A stretch of 64,000 nucleotides of DNA from Acidobacteriota bacterium (GTDB lineage Bacteria > Acidobacteriota > UBA6911 > RPQK01 > JAJDTT01). Shown here piece after piece: positions 22,501 through 28,926 of this stretch. Every line of letters begins with the position of its first letter. The first letter of the stretch is position 1. The notes under the pieces were generated by a model. That model did no database searches, had not been told where the DNA came from, and saw nothing but the letters and a program-made list of their open reading frames with translations. The stretch lies in the NCBI GenBank assembly GCA_965217775.1, contig CBDCJH010000002.1:704001-768000 (forward strand). Direction: 5' to 3'. The translations under genes were made by a program, and so were the position numbers.

Positions 22501-25228
22501 TTACGACGAGACGGTGACGGTGGACACGGTGCGGGGGACGCCGACGCTGGATCTTCTGGTGGGGACCTGGAGGAAGCGGGCCAGCGCCAGTGTGGGACCG
22601 GACCGACCGGCCGTGGTGTTCGTCTACACGGTGGAGAAAGGGGACGAGGACGAGGATGGAGTGAGCGTCCCGCGGGGGAGCATCGCGCTCAACGGCGGGA
22701 AGATCCTGGACCTGTCGGACAATGCGGCGGCGCGCAATTATGAGGCGCTGGAGGCGCAGGCGGACCACAGGGTGGATGGGGCGGAACCGGAACTGGAAGA
22801 CGTTACGGTGTACGGGTCGCGGGTGGCACTGACCTACGACGAGGCGCTGGATGAGGGCTCGATACCGTCGAATTCCGACTTCGAGGTGACGGTGGAGGGG
22901 AATGATCGGCCGGTGGTTCAGGTCGAGGTCAGAGGCAGCATCATCATCTTGACGCTGGCCTCAGCGGTGGGGGCCGGCGAAACAGTAACGGTGAGATATA
23001 CGCCGGGGTTGGACCCGATCCAGGACAAGGTGGGGAATGGGACCGAGGTGTTGACCAACCGACGGGCCGACCCGCCGCTGGTGACCATCGAAGCCAGGCA
23101 GGGATCGGAGACGGTGACGGAAGGCACGACGGTGGAGTTCACGCTGACGCGGGGGCCGCCTACGGAAGCGTCATTGACGGTGAACGTGGAGGTCACCGAA
23201 AGGGGGTCGGTGATCGAGACGTCGGGGTCATACGAGCCGCCGGAAGAAGTCGTTTTCCAGGCCCGGCAGGAGGCGGCGACGCTGTCGGTGCTGACCGATG
23301 ATGACGACGTGGCCGAATCCGCCGGAAGAGTCACCGCCCGGCTGCAGCCAGGAGACGAGTACCGGCTGGGACCGACGTCGACGCAGAGCGCCCAGGTGAC
23401 GGTTCAGGACAACGAAGTCGCTCCCCCTCCGCCACCACCCCCACCGCCGCCTCCTCCGCCTCCTCCACCGCCTCCTCCGCCACCGCCCCCACCGCCACCG
23501 CCCCCACCGCCTCCTCCTCCGCCCGCCCAGACGGCGCCCACGGCGCCCTTGAACCTGCAGGTGGAGGCCGGGGAGAGTGAGGTGACGCTCTCCTGGGAGG
23601 TGCCCGAGAGCGACGGCCGCTCGGTCATCATCGATTACGAGGTCCGGATCGACCGGACGGGCGAGTGGATCTCCACCGGGTCGGCGGACCGGACTCACAC
23701 CGTGAGCGGACTGACCAACGGCCGGACCTACGTCTTCGAAGTGCGAGCGGTGAACGCAGTCGGTCCGAGTCCTCCGTCCGACCCAGTCGAGGCCACGCCC
23801 ATAGCGGACGAGGTGATCCTGGAATTCGCCCATTTCGGAAATGGGTATTCGAGCAACGACGTGCTGATCACCTCCGACTTGGTCTTGGTGAACGTCGGTG
23901 AGGATGAGATCCGTCCCGTCGTCTATTTCCATGGCCGGCCGGGAGATCTCTTGGCGGCCGAATCATTGGTGGATTTGGGGAACGATCTGAAAATTCAAGA
24001 GGACGGAGGACTGTCCACCGGCACGGCAGTGCCCCCGTTGGGCGAACTGACGATCTCGACCCACGGACGGGGAGAAGTGGTCACGGGATCGATCCAGGTC
24101 GTGTCGGATGGACCCATGGGCGGCGTGGTGCGCTTCGACATCCCCGGAATCGGGGTCGCCGGCGTGGGCGCCAGCGAACCCACCGGGGACGCCCTGTTCC
24201 CGGCTCGGCGGCAGGCGGGAAGGATCCGCACGGCGGCGGCGATCCACAACTTGGGGATGGAGGCCGTGGACGTGCAGTGCCGGTTGATGAAAAACGGAAT
24301 GGTGCTGGAAGAGGGGGAGATTCCGTTGAGCGCCAACGGTCAGGACGCCAAGTTTCTCGAAGAACTGTTCACCGTGACAGACACGACGGACTTCGTGGGG
24401 TCGGTGCGCTGTACGGTCCCGGCAGGCGAGTCGTTTACGGGCGTGGCGGTGGAGATGGATGACGGCAACGGGATCTTCACCACCCTGCCGGTGGTCCCGG
24501 TGAATCCTCAGGGCTCCCAAGGGGAGGGAACGACTCTGACTTTCGCGCACTTCGCCAATGGGACTTCCGACGACGGGACCTTGATCACGTCGGGTCTGGT
24601 GCTGGTGAACGTGGCCGCTTCGACGGCCCGTCCCGCCATCTACTTCTACGATCAGCGCGGCGAACTGCTGGAGCCGGAATCGACGGTGGACGTCGGAGAG
24701 GATCTTCGAGTCCGAGAGGACGGAGGACTGACGGTCCGAACGGCCATGGCTCGACTGGGCGAGCTGACGGTCTCGACGCATGGCCGGGGAGCGGTGGTGA
24801 CGGGATCGGTGCAAGTGGTGTCGGCGGGGGCTATGGGCGGTGTCCTGCGTTTTGACATCCCCCGCGTCGGCGTTGCCGGGGTGGGCGCGAGCCGACCCAC
24901 GAAGGACGCGCTGTTCCCGGCGCGCCGGCAAGCGGGAGAGGTCCGCACGGCGGCGGCGATCCGCAACCTGGAAGCGGAACGGACGACGGTTCGCTGTTGG
25001 CTGATGCGCGGGGGGTTGGAACTGGAATGGGTGGACATCCATCTCGCCGGCAACGGGCAGCACGCCGGGTTCATCGAAGAGCTGTTCACACGAACGGACA
25101 CGACGGACTTCGTGGGTTCGGTGAGATGCAGGGCGCCCGGGGAAGAGATGTTCACGGGAGTTGCGGTGGAACTGGACACCGGCAACCGGATCTTCACCAC
25201 GCTACCGGTGGTTCCAATTCAACCGTGA
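10502..25228 (+). CDS. Giant (4908 aa) secreted modular protein: S8/S53-like peptidase, GLUG repeats, FN3, Ig-like and SwmB-like repeats, polyproline linker, duplicated C-terminal domain
   Basis: Uninterrupted 14.7-kb ORF; GVLSDG, EGTAMLEIVHDLAPGA and GVSSAAPHAA peptidase motifs; VGGLVG repeats; repeated LTLxYxEPL...PIQDxAGN units. Confidence 0.9.
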   Translation: MKKRDYPLGIASTSGARWRGLLGAFAVISLLVEPIQTQQPQAVAGGAFARKAGPEDPALWQEFRSAARVSVRDVRRIPGGGPSRGSVLRQTAAMRRTHGVDGTGIGIGVISSGVAPLETGDAPDDLLDRVTVLPGQAGEGDAGMAALGTLRDLAPGAELYFATGLGGPARFAANVEALCRAGADIIVDEVFDFQETIHQGGVKAQGIARAVRDGCVYVSAAGDRPGADSRSAARTCVTATTPDFSTLCGSAATPVQASALAALILEAAGGRHSVTAGELRAAVSGAALRIASPTAAIEGTKRPTVSKIEMSSIPPDDREVYGVGDSIEITVTFSEIVNVIGTPLLGLDVGNVTRHAVYTGGTGTAALTFSYSVAEGDEDTDGVSLEADSLSLGNGVIEDGSENPAVLGHAGSEDQAGQRVDGIRPSLVTGDEATVTGARLTLKYDEPLDRSSAPPAGDFRVTVGGEGREVTAVAVAGSTVALKLASPVGRGEPVTVSYAAPAPGTAEPIRDPAGNESTAFSNQSVANRTGEATDQAGRKLSAKTAKQIQAILAAKAQRTPAQKKVSSELLDARRMAGGVIVSDKAGKRAAPGTDPLKEPVTVDIRADVTPEVLDRIRSLGGTVIDSVPRYRSIRARLPLGAVETLAELDAVQSIRTADKAMTRGPVKRLPSALRAVAGDRPVTRKVNTTQGDVAHQAKLARDTHKVDGTGIGIGVLSDGVGSLGARQASGDLPDRVTVLPGEAGEGYEGTAMLEIVHDLAPGAELYFATALGGQARFAANIEALCEAGADVIVDDVGYLFEGAFQDDIVAKGVNVAVADGCYFFSAGGNNGNLNDGTAGVWEGDYAAGSSITLDGTTFVAHNFGEGVIQNEITQESDFGTYILQWADPLEASGNDYDLFLIDEHGNVLDKSTSTQDGTQDPFETVYSDEADHAGARLVIVKTSGSNRYLRLDTLGGQLAVATAGNLYGHSAAENAIAVAAVGVHTAGGTGGVFDGTESVRTSNSDGPRRIFFEPDGTPVTAGNFSSTGGDLLQKPDLAAATCVRTATPGFSIFCGVSSAAPHAAAIGALMLEAAGGPGNLTQSELVTGMTGASLDIEATGVDRDSGAGIVMAPGAVDAVDVAAADRNGAPTEMGTLPDRTFGPGDAAVTIDLSTKFTDPDSDPLTYEALSSDDRVEVVVTDSDLTVTPRLPSAATVLVRAVDPDGLGAVRDFSVSVALGNRDYDGDDDNLIDVSNLAQLDAIRYDRNGDGVVDGMNWQPYYDAFEEAAESMGCPDRCIGYELRSDLDFDTDGDGGVDSDDTYWNGGDGWEPIGDSSDPYTAIFEGNSQSIANLFIDRASDDGVGLFGYVDRGLFGLAEILDVDLVAVDVAGEDLVGGLAGEVKAALVVGSRATGQVSGGDDVGGLVGWSDSLIADSFAAVQVSGTEAVGGLVGNQFDGWIIRSYANGDVSGDYAVGGLVGSSNDPIRACYATGRVSGEGVRRTGVDNCEFGGVGGLVGNACSLIRASYATGTVSGNAVVGGLAGAVSSEVRFRYSYWDLETSGLRVGVGENDLNSNGLIDGSETQMVGLAGQTTANLQAPTDYDGIYENWNLDVDLDGKPDTPWDFGTSSQYPVLATDLNRNGRSTWQEFGYQVRPGLTLTAATTDGQAQVDLSWSAVSTSPWSPAPDVSYDLIRDDGTMEETLAEGTTARQHTDTDVTTGNTYTYRVTALLDSGEVARSRPVSVIVGEASQSPVAVGALEDLTLRVGEGTKDVDISGAFMDPESDTLTYGASSSATGVATVTRSAARLTITPVASGRTTITATATDTSGSNTAATQRFTVEVWSATEVDYDSDEDGLIEIATLAQLDAVRHDLDGDGTPVANGKTSYDAAFADAVERMGCSRLGGCVGYELASDLDFDTDGDGDVDSGDDYWNGGDGWIPIGGDGSIFTSAAFAAANPFLAIFDGNGHTVSNLFIDTDNPILVGLFGYSFIGIGNLGLIDVDVTGAELTGGLVGFNRGLILGCYVAGRVSAADNVGGLAGMNFSDGAIRGSYSTAYVSGDDDVGGLVGDNRNEISASYATGRVSGNTDAGGLVGNNKSAGEITASYATGPASGDANVGGLVGSDEGGTITNSYWDTRTSGLRSGSAGTGRTTAQLQSPTSYGGIFRNWNLDLYGDDDKDDLWDFGTSSQYPVLSIDVDGNDDTTWEEFGYQLRKGPVVTATSTTRSPDPAQVVVTWTEVAVNSEWMPAPTVSYTVTRVDGDTVETLAEDLSVRTYTDSDVTADEDYTYQVAAVVFGGEATRSARVTVKARGNGAPMPVGYLPDRTLRVGDSAMTEFSGAFQDPEGDAIIYGISSSDTSVVLVTRSGTRLTMTPVGEGDAVITVTATDDGSNRSSTQEFKVVVLSTSTTDYDTDDDGLIEISNLEQLDAVRHDLDGDGLPSSGYATYIAAFSGAGDELACGGLFGCVGYELRADPDFDTDNSGAVDRGDNYWNSGAGWVPIGDSSSSFAAIFEGNARTITNLFIDGSGNDVGLFGETTSSAVIRNLEMVAVQVTGTDQVGGLVGSNNGAVSGCFATGKVSGDDDVGGLIGANLSDGAVTVSYSTVHVTGDDRVGGLIGSNSGVVTAAYATGRVVGDFEAGGLIGRNTGDVNISYATGLVSGRSTIGGLVGRNSGGGRITDSYWDSDTSGRTTGSYGQPQNTSALQMPTDTSGIYQNWNVDLNGDSMNDDPWVFGTSSQYPVLSVDTNGVGGATWQEFGEQIRNSPALMATPALGQVTLTWSAVSNVTYNLYRTSGSTVEIISENTSSRAYVDTDVTAGATYVYQVAAVINSGEASRSMRVSVVVPIPDVTDPTVSKVEITSDPGSDSTYALRDVIEVTVTFSEDVFVTGSPELTLRVGDEDRTADYQSVTDEEMLFRYRVDTGDVDTNGVSIAANSLSVNGGTIEDGSDNEADPDHRALGNNSRHKVDGIRPELAPTRGAVVNGTTLTLTYTEPPDSTSMPPSSAFFVSGGASSRTVSGVAFRGSAVDMTLSSAVAHWETGIRVSYTVPTGMGAMPIQDRAGNDADGLSSVPVINETPDRIPPTVTSIEITSDPPDGRDVYGIGEEIEVTVTFSETVTVSGNPGVTLKVGARDRSATYESVTGAVVVFAYTVAVNDSDTDGVSIEAGSLSGGTIRDIARNNAVRTHSAVAADTGQQVDGIKPVLATTDGAVANGTMLTLAYSEPLNSSSEPDNDAFSVTGGNETRTVTNVQVSGSAVELTVDPAVEHGETGLRVSYTIPTGTGANPIQDQAGNDADRLSNRSVTNVTGDTTGPAVQTMRITSSAVSDSTYARDDSIEVTVTFNETVVVTGTPRLTLNVGGRNRTAEYLSVSGSAVKFEYKVVSGDRDRDGVSIDADSLSRGGGTIRDGARNDATLTHAGVAADSRHKVDGVRPMLATTDGAVANGTTLTLAYSEPLNSSSRPAASAFTVTGGSETRTVTRVSVSGNAVFLTLSPAVQDGEFGLGLSYQPGSNPIRDVVGNAADELNNEPVTNRTGDTAGPKVETVRITSNAGSDQTYAIGETIEATVAFDETVLVTGTPRLTLNVGGRSRTANYQDVTGAAVRFAYQVVSGDTAAYGVRIDANRLSGGTIRDGAQNNAVLNHAPVAADTQHQVDGVKPTLATSDGAVANGTTLTLVYGEPLDTSPLPSTDDFTVTGGSETRTVTLVRVDGSAVFLTLSSAVTDGESSLRMNYEPGSNPIQDTAGNDTDRLSNRSVANKTGDTSGPTVSTVRITSSAGSDRTYGKDETIEVTVTFNETVVVTGTPEVTLNVGGRNRTVEYRSVSNRAVKFTYRVVTGDEDEGGVSIEANRLSRAGGTIRDGAGNDATLDHTAVAASTSHQVDAVAPALALTDPAVVNGATLTLTYHEPLNTSSRPAASDFTIAGGNETRTVTAVRIGGSTVQLTLSRRAEHAEMGIRVSYERRSNPIRDRVGNDAEGFTDTFVDNQTPDTTAPSIEGIELSSDPGTDETYAIGDLISVTVRYDETVTVDTVRGTPTLDLLVGTWRKRASASVGPDRPAVVFVYTVEKGDEDEDGVSVPRGSIALNGGKILDLSDNAAARNYEALEAQADHRVDGAEPELEDVTVYGSRVALTYDEALDEGSIPSNSDFEVTVEGNDRPVVQVEVRGSIIILTLASAVGAGETVTVRYTPGLDPIQDKVGNGTEVLTNRRADPPLVTIEARQGSETVTEGTTVEFTLTRGPPTEASLTVNVEVTERGSVIETSGSYEPPEEVVFQARQEAATLSVLTDDDDVAESAGRVTARLQPGDEYRLGPTSTQSAQVTVQDNEVAPPPPPPPPPPPPPPPPPPPPPPPPPPPPPPPPPPAQTAPTAPLNLQVEAGESEVTLSWEVPESDGRSVIIDYEVRIDRTGEWISTGSADRTHTVSGLTNGRTYVFEVRAVNAVGPSPPSDPVEATPIADEVILEFAHFGNGYSSNDVLITSDLVLVNVGEDEIRPVVYFHGRPGDLLAAESLVDLGNDLKIQEDGGLSTGTAVPPLGELTISTHGRGEVVTGSIQVVSDGPMGGVVRFDIPGIGVAGVGASEPTGDALFPARRQAGRIRTAAAIHNLGMEAVDVQCRLMKNGMVLEEGEIPLSANGQDAKFLEELFTVTDTTDFVGSVRCTVPAGESFTGVAVEMDDGNGIFTTLPVVPVNPQGSQGEGTTLTFAHFANGTSDDGTLITSGLVLVNVAASTARPAIYFYDQRGELLEPESTVDVGEDLRVREDGGLTVRTAMARLGELTVSTHGRGAVVTGSVQVVSAGAMGGVLRFDIPRVGVAGVGASRPTKDALFPARRQAGEVRTAAAIRNLEAERTTVRCWLMRGGLELEWVDIHLAGNGQHAGFIEELFTRTDTTDFVGSVRCRAPGEEMFTGVAVELDTGNRIFTTLPVVPIQP
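23423..23524 (+). repeat. CCN tract encoding 34 consecutive prolines
   Basis: 102 nt of mixed CCN codons in frame within the giant ORF. Confidence 0.95.
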
Positions 25229-25250
25229 TTCCTCAAGGGGAGTGACGACC

Positions 25251-25312
25251 GGCGGGGCGACTGGAGGCGACTTTCTTGTCGCCCTCTTGGGAAGGGCGAC
25301 TTTCAGTCGCCC
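25251..25312. repeat. REP-like palindrome cluster between convergent genes
   Basis: GGCGACTTTCTTGTCGCC and GGGCGACTTTCAGTCGCCC; the second contains the stop codon of the 25303-25755 gene. Confidence 0.8.
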
Positions 25313-25755
25313 GCGAACCTCTCCCCGGCCCAGCCCATGGCGGCTCCTCCCAAGACGAACAGAACCAGGCCATCGACGCCCCACCAGACCACGATCGTCA
25401 TGGGCAGGGCGATCACTCCCGAATAGCCCAACAAAGTGACGAAAGAGAAAATGCCCATATAGAGCCCCCACGTCATCCCGCATTTCCAGCCGGGACCCTC
25501 GAAAGCCTTGCGCAGACAACTGTAAAGGCCGGCTACGACCAGACTGCTGATCAGTGACACGACGATCCAACGCGGCATGACGGCCGCCAAATCGGGTGGG
25601 TCCTGCCGCAGGGGTTCGATCCACAGCATCTCGGTTGCTCTGTACATCGGGTCGAGGATTGAGTTGTGGATGATGGGGCCGGTGACACCCAATCCCAAGA
25701 TGTTGGTTACCAGCCAGAAGACCAGTCCACCGATAACGATCAGTTTCCAGTTCAT
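25303..25755 (-). CDS. Hypothetical membrane protein (about 4 TM helices)
   Basis: 150 aa, hydrophobic; strong AGGAGG RBS. Confidence 0.8.
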   Translation of the reverse strand: MNWKLIVIGGLVFWLVTNILGLGVTGPIIHNSILDPMYRATEMLWIEPLRQDPPDLAAVMPRWIVVSLISSLVVAGLYSCLRKAFEGPGWKCGMTWGLYMGIFSFVTLLGYSGVIALPMTIVVWWGVDGLVLFVLGGAAMGWAGERFAGD

Positions 25756-25847
25756 TCGCCTCCTCCTTTACTCGGTCTCGGATATCCGGTTCTTCCGCAC
25801 GATCAGCGCTATTTCCGGGGACCGTCCTCGTCGTAGATCACGCCAAT

Positions 25848-26288
25848 TCATGGACTCGATGACTCGGCGAACCACCGTTCAACGTGCCCCGCGAACTCCT
25901 CGAAGTCATCGAGTTGTCCGGAGAGGATCTCGGCGATCAGGTCGAGGTCGACATCCAGGTAACCATTGACAAGCACCTTCCGGAAACCGGCGATCCGCCG
26001 GAACCGTTCCCCGAAGCGCGGCGGCAGGACCTCGGCCTCGACCAGGCAGTCGATGGACGATCCGTACGTCACCGGGTCGAAGCCCAAGGCTGAACCGAGA
26101 TGAGTCGCGATGTCGAGGGCCGCTTGAGCGGCTAGTTGAAGCCCGTGTTCGATGGCCCAGCGGCGGTCGATATCGGCGCGAAGCTCCTGCGGCGTGCATC
26201 CGGCGTGTCGGCGCAGTACGGTAGCGGCCCGCCGCAGCGCGATGAGCCGTCTCTCCACGGCACGGTGATCCGGGCGGCCGGGAGTCAC
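25848..26288 (-). CDS. hepT: HEPN/DUF86 (HepT-like) toxin with degenerate RNase motif
   Basis: Overlaps the upstream MNT gene by 4 nt; motif reads FRKVLVNGY in place of FRNxLVHxY. Confidence 0.8.
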   Translation of the reverse strand: MTPGRPDHRAVERRLIALRRAATVLRRHAGCTPQELRADIDRRWAIEHGLQLAAQAALDIATHLGSALGFDPVTYGSSIDCLVEAEVLPPRFGERFRRIAGFRKVLVNGYLDVDLDLIAEILSGQLDDFEEFAGHVERWFAESSSP

Positions 26289-26740
26289 CGCCGATCCTCG
26301 TTGGCGGTGCCGGCGGCATGCCGTCGTGCACGGTCCATCTTGTCCAGTTGCGGCAGGAAATCGAAGTAGCGGGAGAGCGCCTGTCCTGCACGTGTGGTCG
26401 TCGCCCGGAGGTCCCGCGACAGAAACCGGACACCGTCACGCAGAACCCGGTGGTACAAGAGAATGGAGGCCCTGTTGAGCACGACGACGTCGACGTCGTT
26501 CGTGCCGAGCGCCACCATGAGGTCGGTCGTGAGTTGCGCCTGATAGCCCCAAGCGCCGTCATCGGCCACGCCGTCATCGATGTAGACGGCGACGTCGATG
26601 TCACTGTGCGGTTGCGCCTCACCACGGGCATGAGATCCGAAGAGGTAGGCTTCGAGGATCTCCTCCCGTCCCTCCAATGCATTCGTGAGCCGCGCGAGGA
26701 GATCGCCGTGCAGTTGGTCGCGTCCCAGAGTGCCCATCAT
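26285..26740 (-). CDS. mntA: Minimal nucleotidyltransferase antitoxin (MntA-like, type VII TA)
   Basis: YLFGSHARG...SDIDVAV (GSx10DxD) and VDVVVLN. Confidence 0.88.
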   Translation of the reverse strand: MMGTLGRDQLHGDLLARLTNALEGREEILEAYLFGSHARGEAQPHSDIDVAVYIDDGVADDGAWGYQAQLTTDLMVALGTNDVDVVVLNRASILLYHRVLRDGVRFLSRDLRATTTRAGQALSRYFDFLPQLDKMDRARRHAAGTANEDRR

Positions 26741-26873
26741 GATGCCCTCGACTCATTGACCAGGGTTCGATGCCGCGTCGGATCGACCATATCCTCTCGA
26801 GCCCCTTCTATCTACCGCCAGGAGTCTTGGACGGTGTTGAACGGAGCCGGATATGGGTTTCTCCGGTTTTCCA

Positions 26874-27319
26874 TCATTGTCCGGGCCGCCCCGAGCCGAT
26901 GACCTCGACCAGCTCCGCCACCACTGTCACGGCATCCTCATCCTCGGTCGTCAGTTCGATGGGCTGGAATTCCGGATTGACCGGTTCGAGCAAAATCCTG
27001 ACATGTCTCCAAACCTCCTCATCGGCCGTCTTCTCGCTCCGATAGCGCTTCACCGTGAAACGCTGGCCCGTATCGGGATCCACTTCATCCCGTCGAGATA
27101 GAGGCAGATACCCTCGTCCGGCTCGTCGTCCTCGGCACGGTAGATGACGTCCGGCGTGGTGGCCGGCTGCAACGGTGGTATGTCGTGGTCGAAGGACAAA
27201 CGGCGTCCCCACTCGTCGAATCGAAGGATCTTCGGTACACCTTCACCTCGCGATTCGAGGAATACCTGACCGGTGCGCCGGCTTCGAATCCTGGACCCGA
27301 AACTGACCGGGAGCTGGTC
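26874..27319 (-). pseudogene. Mosaic of three gene fragments: AlbA_2/HATPase tail, probable helicase tail, S24-like C-terminal domain
   Basis: SRIRSRRTGQVFLESRGEGVPKIL matches the 30203 gene; then TTPDVIY...EGICLYLDGM; then DPDTGQRFTVKRY...LEPVNPEFQPI...VAELVEVI*. Confidence 0.65.
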
Positions 27320-27401
27320 CGTTCTGAGTAGAGGTCGGAGAGACCTTGGAGGGGGCGCCAGAAACTTGTGATTTCCGACCCGCCCGGGTTCTGGCGTTCC
27401 C

Positions 27402-28688
27402 TCAGACAGGTGTCGGCGCGTCCTCCCCATCTCCACCGGCTGCATGGATCGTCAGCAGCAGTTCCGCATCGCCGATCAGGCGGTACTCCGGCGTTCTACC
27501 GGACAAGCGTTCGCTGTTGTCCAAGATGATGGGCACACCTTCTCCACGCTTCTCCGTCAGGGTTCGCCGATCCGTGTGAAGCCAGGGCTCATCCGGTGCG
27601 GGGCACTTCGTCACCAGGCTGCAGAGCGCTTCGTTCCGGGCCGACTGCATGAAGGGGAGACTCTCGATGGTCATGGAGTTGGCGATCGTCCCTGGAGAGT
27701 AGAGTTCCAGTCGGTTCTCGAACAAGCGCAGCCGGACCTTGGACCCGTACACCGAATAGTCACGATGCACGACGGCATTTACGACCGCCTCGAACACGGC
27801 CGTCATGTCGAACTGCGGACGGTCGATGCGCCCCTGGTCCTTGAACGCGGCGATCCTCATGTTTTTTGCGACGAACCGACAGGTCTCGATCACCTGACGG
27901 TCCAACGGCCCGGAAAGGTTCGCGGCGTCCAATTGATAAATGGCCCCCGGGTGGGCTCGAATCCTGTTTCCCCGATATGCGACCGCTTGAACGTAGGCGT
28001 TGGGCAGCCATCGCTGCGGGTCCTCACTGGCCATGAGCACACCGGCGACAGTGGGCCTCCACACGCCCTCCTCGTCCACCTGCGCCAGGTTGAGCTTTTC
28101 CAGAAAAGCCTCCCGGTCGTCGCCGGAGCGGGCGGTTCGAAAACGCTTCCAGAGGTGGGAGGAGAGATCGTCCAAGCGCGCCCGCGGAACGACCTGCTCG
28201 TCGAATCGGATAAGGCGAGTCTGGCTGCGTTGTTGAAAAAGTCGGGCGAGGTACTCCGTGGACATCCGCCGCTTGGCGTTGGCCATGCGGTGCAGATAGC
28301 CTCCGGGACTGCGGTGGACGAACAGACTGCGCGGCACGTCGATCTTGACCAAGGCGAGCTCTTCACCCGTGCGCGCAGGCAGTCGCAGATGTTCGACGAC
28401 AAGGGGCTCTACGGGCGGGTCGATCAAGTCGATGCACACTTCGCGGACAAAGTCCGTCACCGTTTCAAGACGATCGAGAGGAATGCCGACGACGTCATGC
28501 GTCTTGGCCTCGATTCCCAGGACGAGCCCGCCGCCGCGCGTGTTGGCGAAAGCGGCGATGGAGTCGGCAAGTGAGTCGCGGTGTGGTGCGGTGACCCGAT
28601 GACCGGCAAACCGCACCTCTTTGACTTCAAGGTAGGAGTCTTCTCGCAGTCGAATCTTGTCCAGCAGTTTCTTCCTGCCATTGAACAT
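27402..28688 (-). CDS. Schlafen/AlbA_2 domain + HATPase_c_4 (RecG C-terminal-like) protein, copy 2
   Basis: EDSYLEVKE, AFANTRGG, EAVVNAVVHRDY, RLELYSPG and EKRGEGV motifs. Confidence 0.88.
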   Translation of the reverse strand: MFNGRKKLLDKIRLREDSYLEVKEVRFAGHRVTAPHRDSLADSIAAFANTRGGGLVLGIEAKTHDVVGIPLDRLETVTDFVREVCIDLIDPPVEPLVVEHLRLPARTGEELALVKIDVPRSLFVHRSPGGYLHRMANAKRRMSTEYLARLFQQRSQTRLIRFDEQVVPRARLDDLSSHLWKRFRTARSGDDREAFLEKLNLAQVDEEGVWRPTVAGVLMASEDPQRWLPNAYVQAVAYRGNRIRAHPGAIYQLDAANLSGPLDRQVIETCRFVAKNMRIAAFKDQGRIDRPQFDMTAVFEAVVNAVVHRDYSVYGSKVRLRLFENRLELYSPGTIANSMTIESLPFMQSARNEALCSLVTKCPAPDEPWLHTDRRTLTEKRGEGVPIILDNSERLSGRTPEYRLIGDAELLLTIHAAGGDGEDAPTPV

Positions 28689-28874
28689 CCTGAAGCTCCC
28701 GGGGACTCGACACGGGGATTCTCGGACCCACGAGCCTACGTCGTCGCCGCCGGAATGCCGGAGGGACGCATGGAACGGAAAGTATGCCAGCAGAAAATGA
28801 AGACTTCAGCCCCTGCGGGACGAGTCGTCAGGTCTTTTCGGCGTGGGATGGCCCTGCGTCGACAGGCTCGCAAG

Positions 28875-28903
28875 TTGACATTCGGTAGCGGTCGACCTAT
28901 GGT
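28875..28903 (+). promoter_or_regulatory. Sigma70-type promoter of the Xre-RES operon
   Basis: TTGACA-17 nt-TATGGT, 23 nt upstream of the ATG at 28927. Confidence 0.65.
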
Positions 28904-28926
28904 CGCGATCCATCGGAGACTGAAGG

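Noticed and set aside
13880-23070. Diversity-generating retroelement or shufflon acting on giant-protein repeats
   Set aside because: No reverse transcriptase or recombinase; repeat differences are not adenine-specific and all units are in frame and in the same orientation.
23404-23631. Poly-glycine ORF on the minus strand
   Set aside because: Antisense shadow of the polyproline tract.
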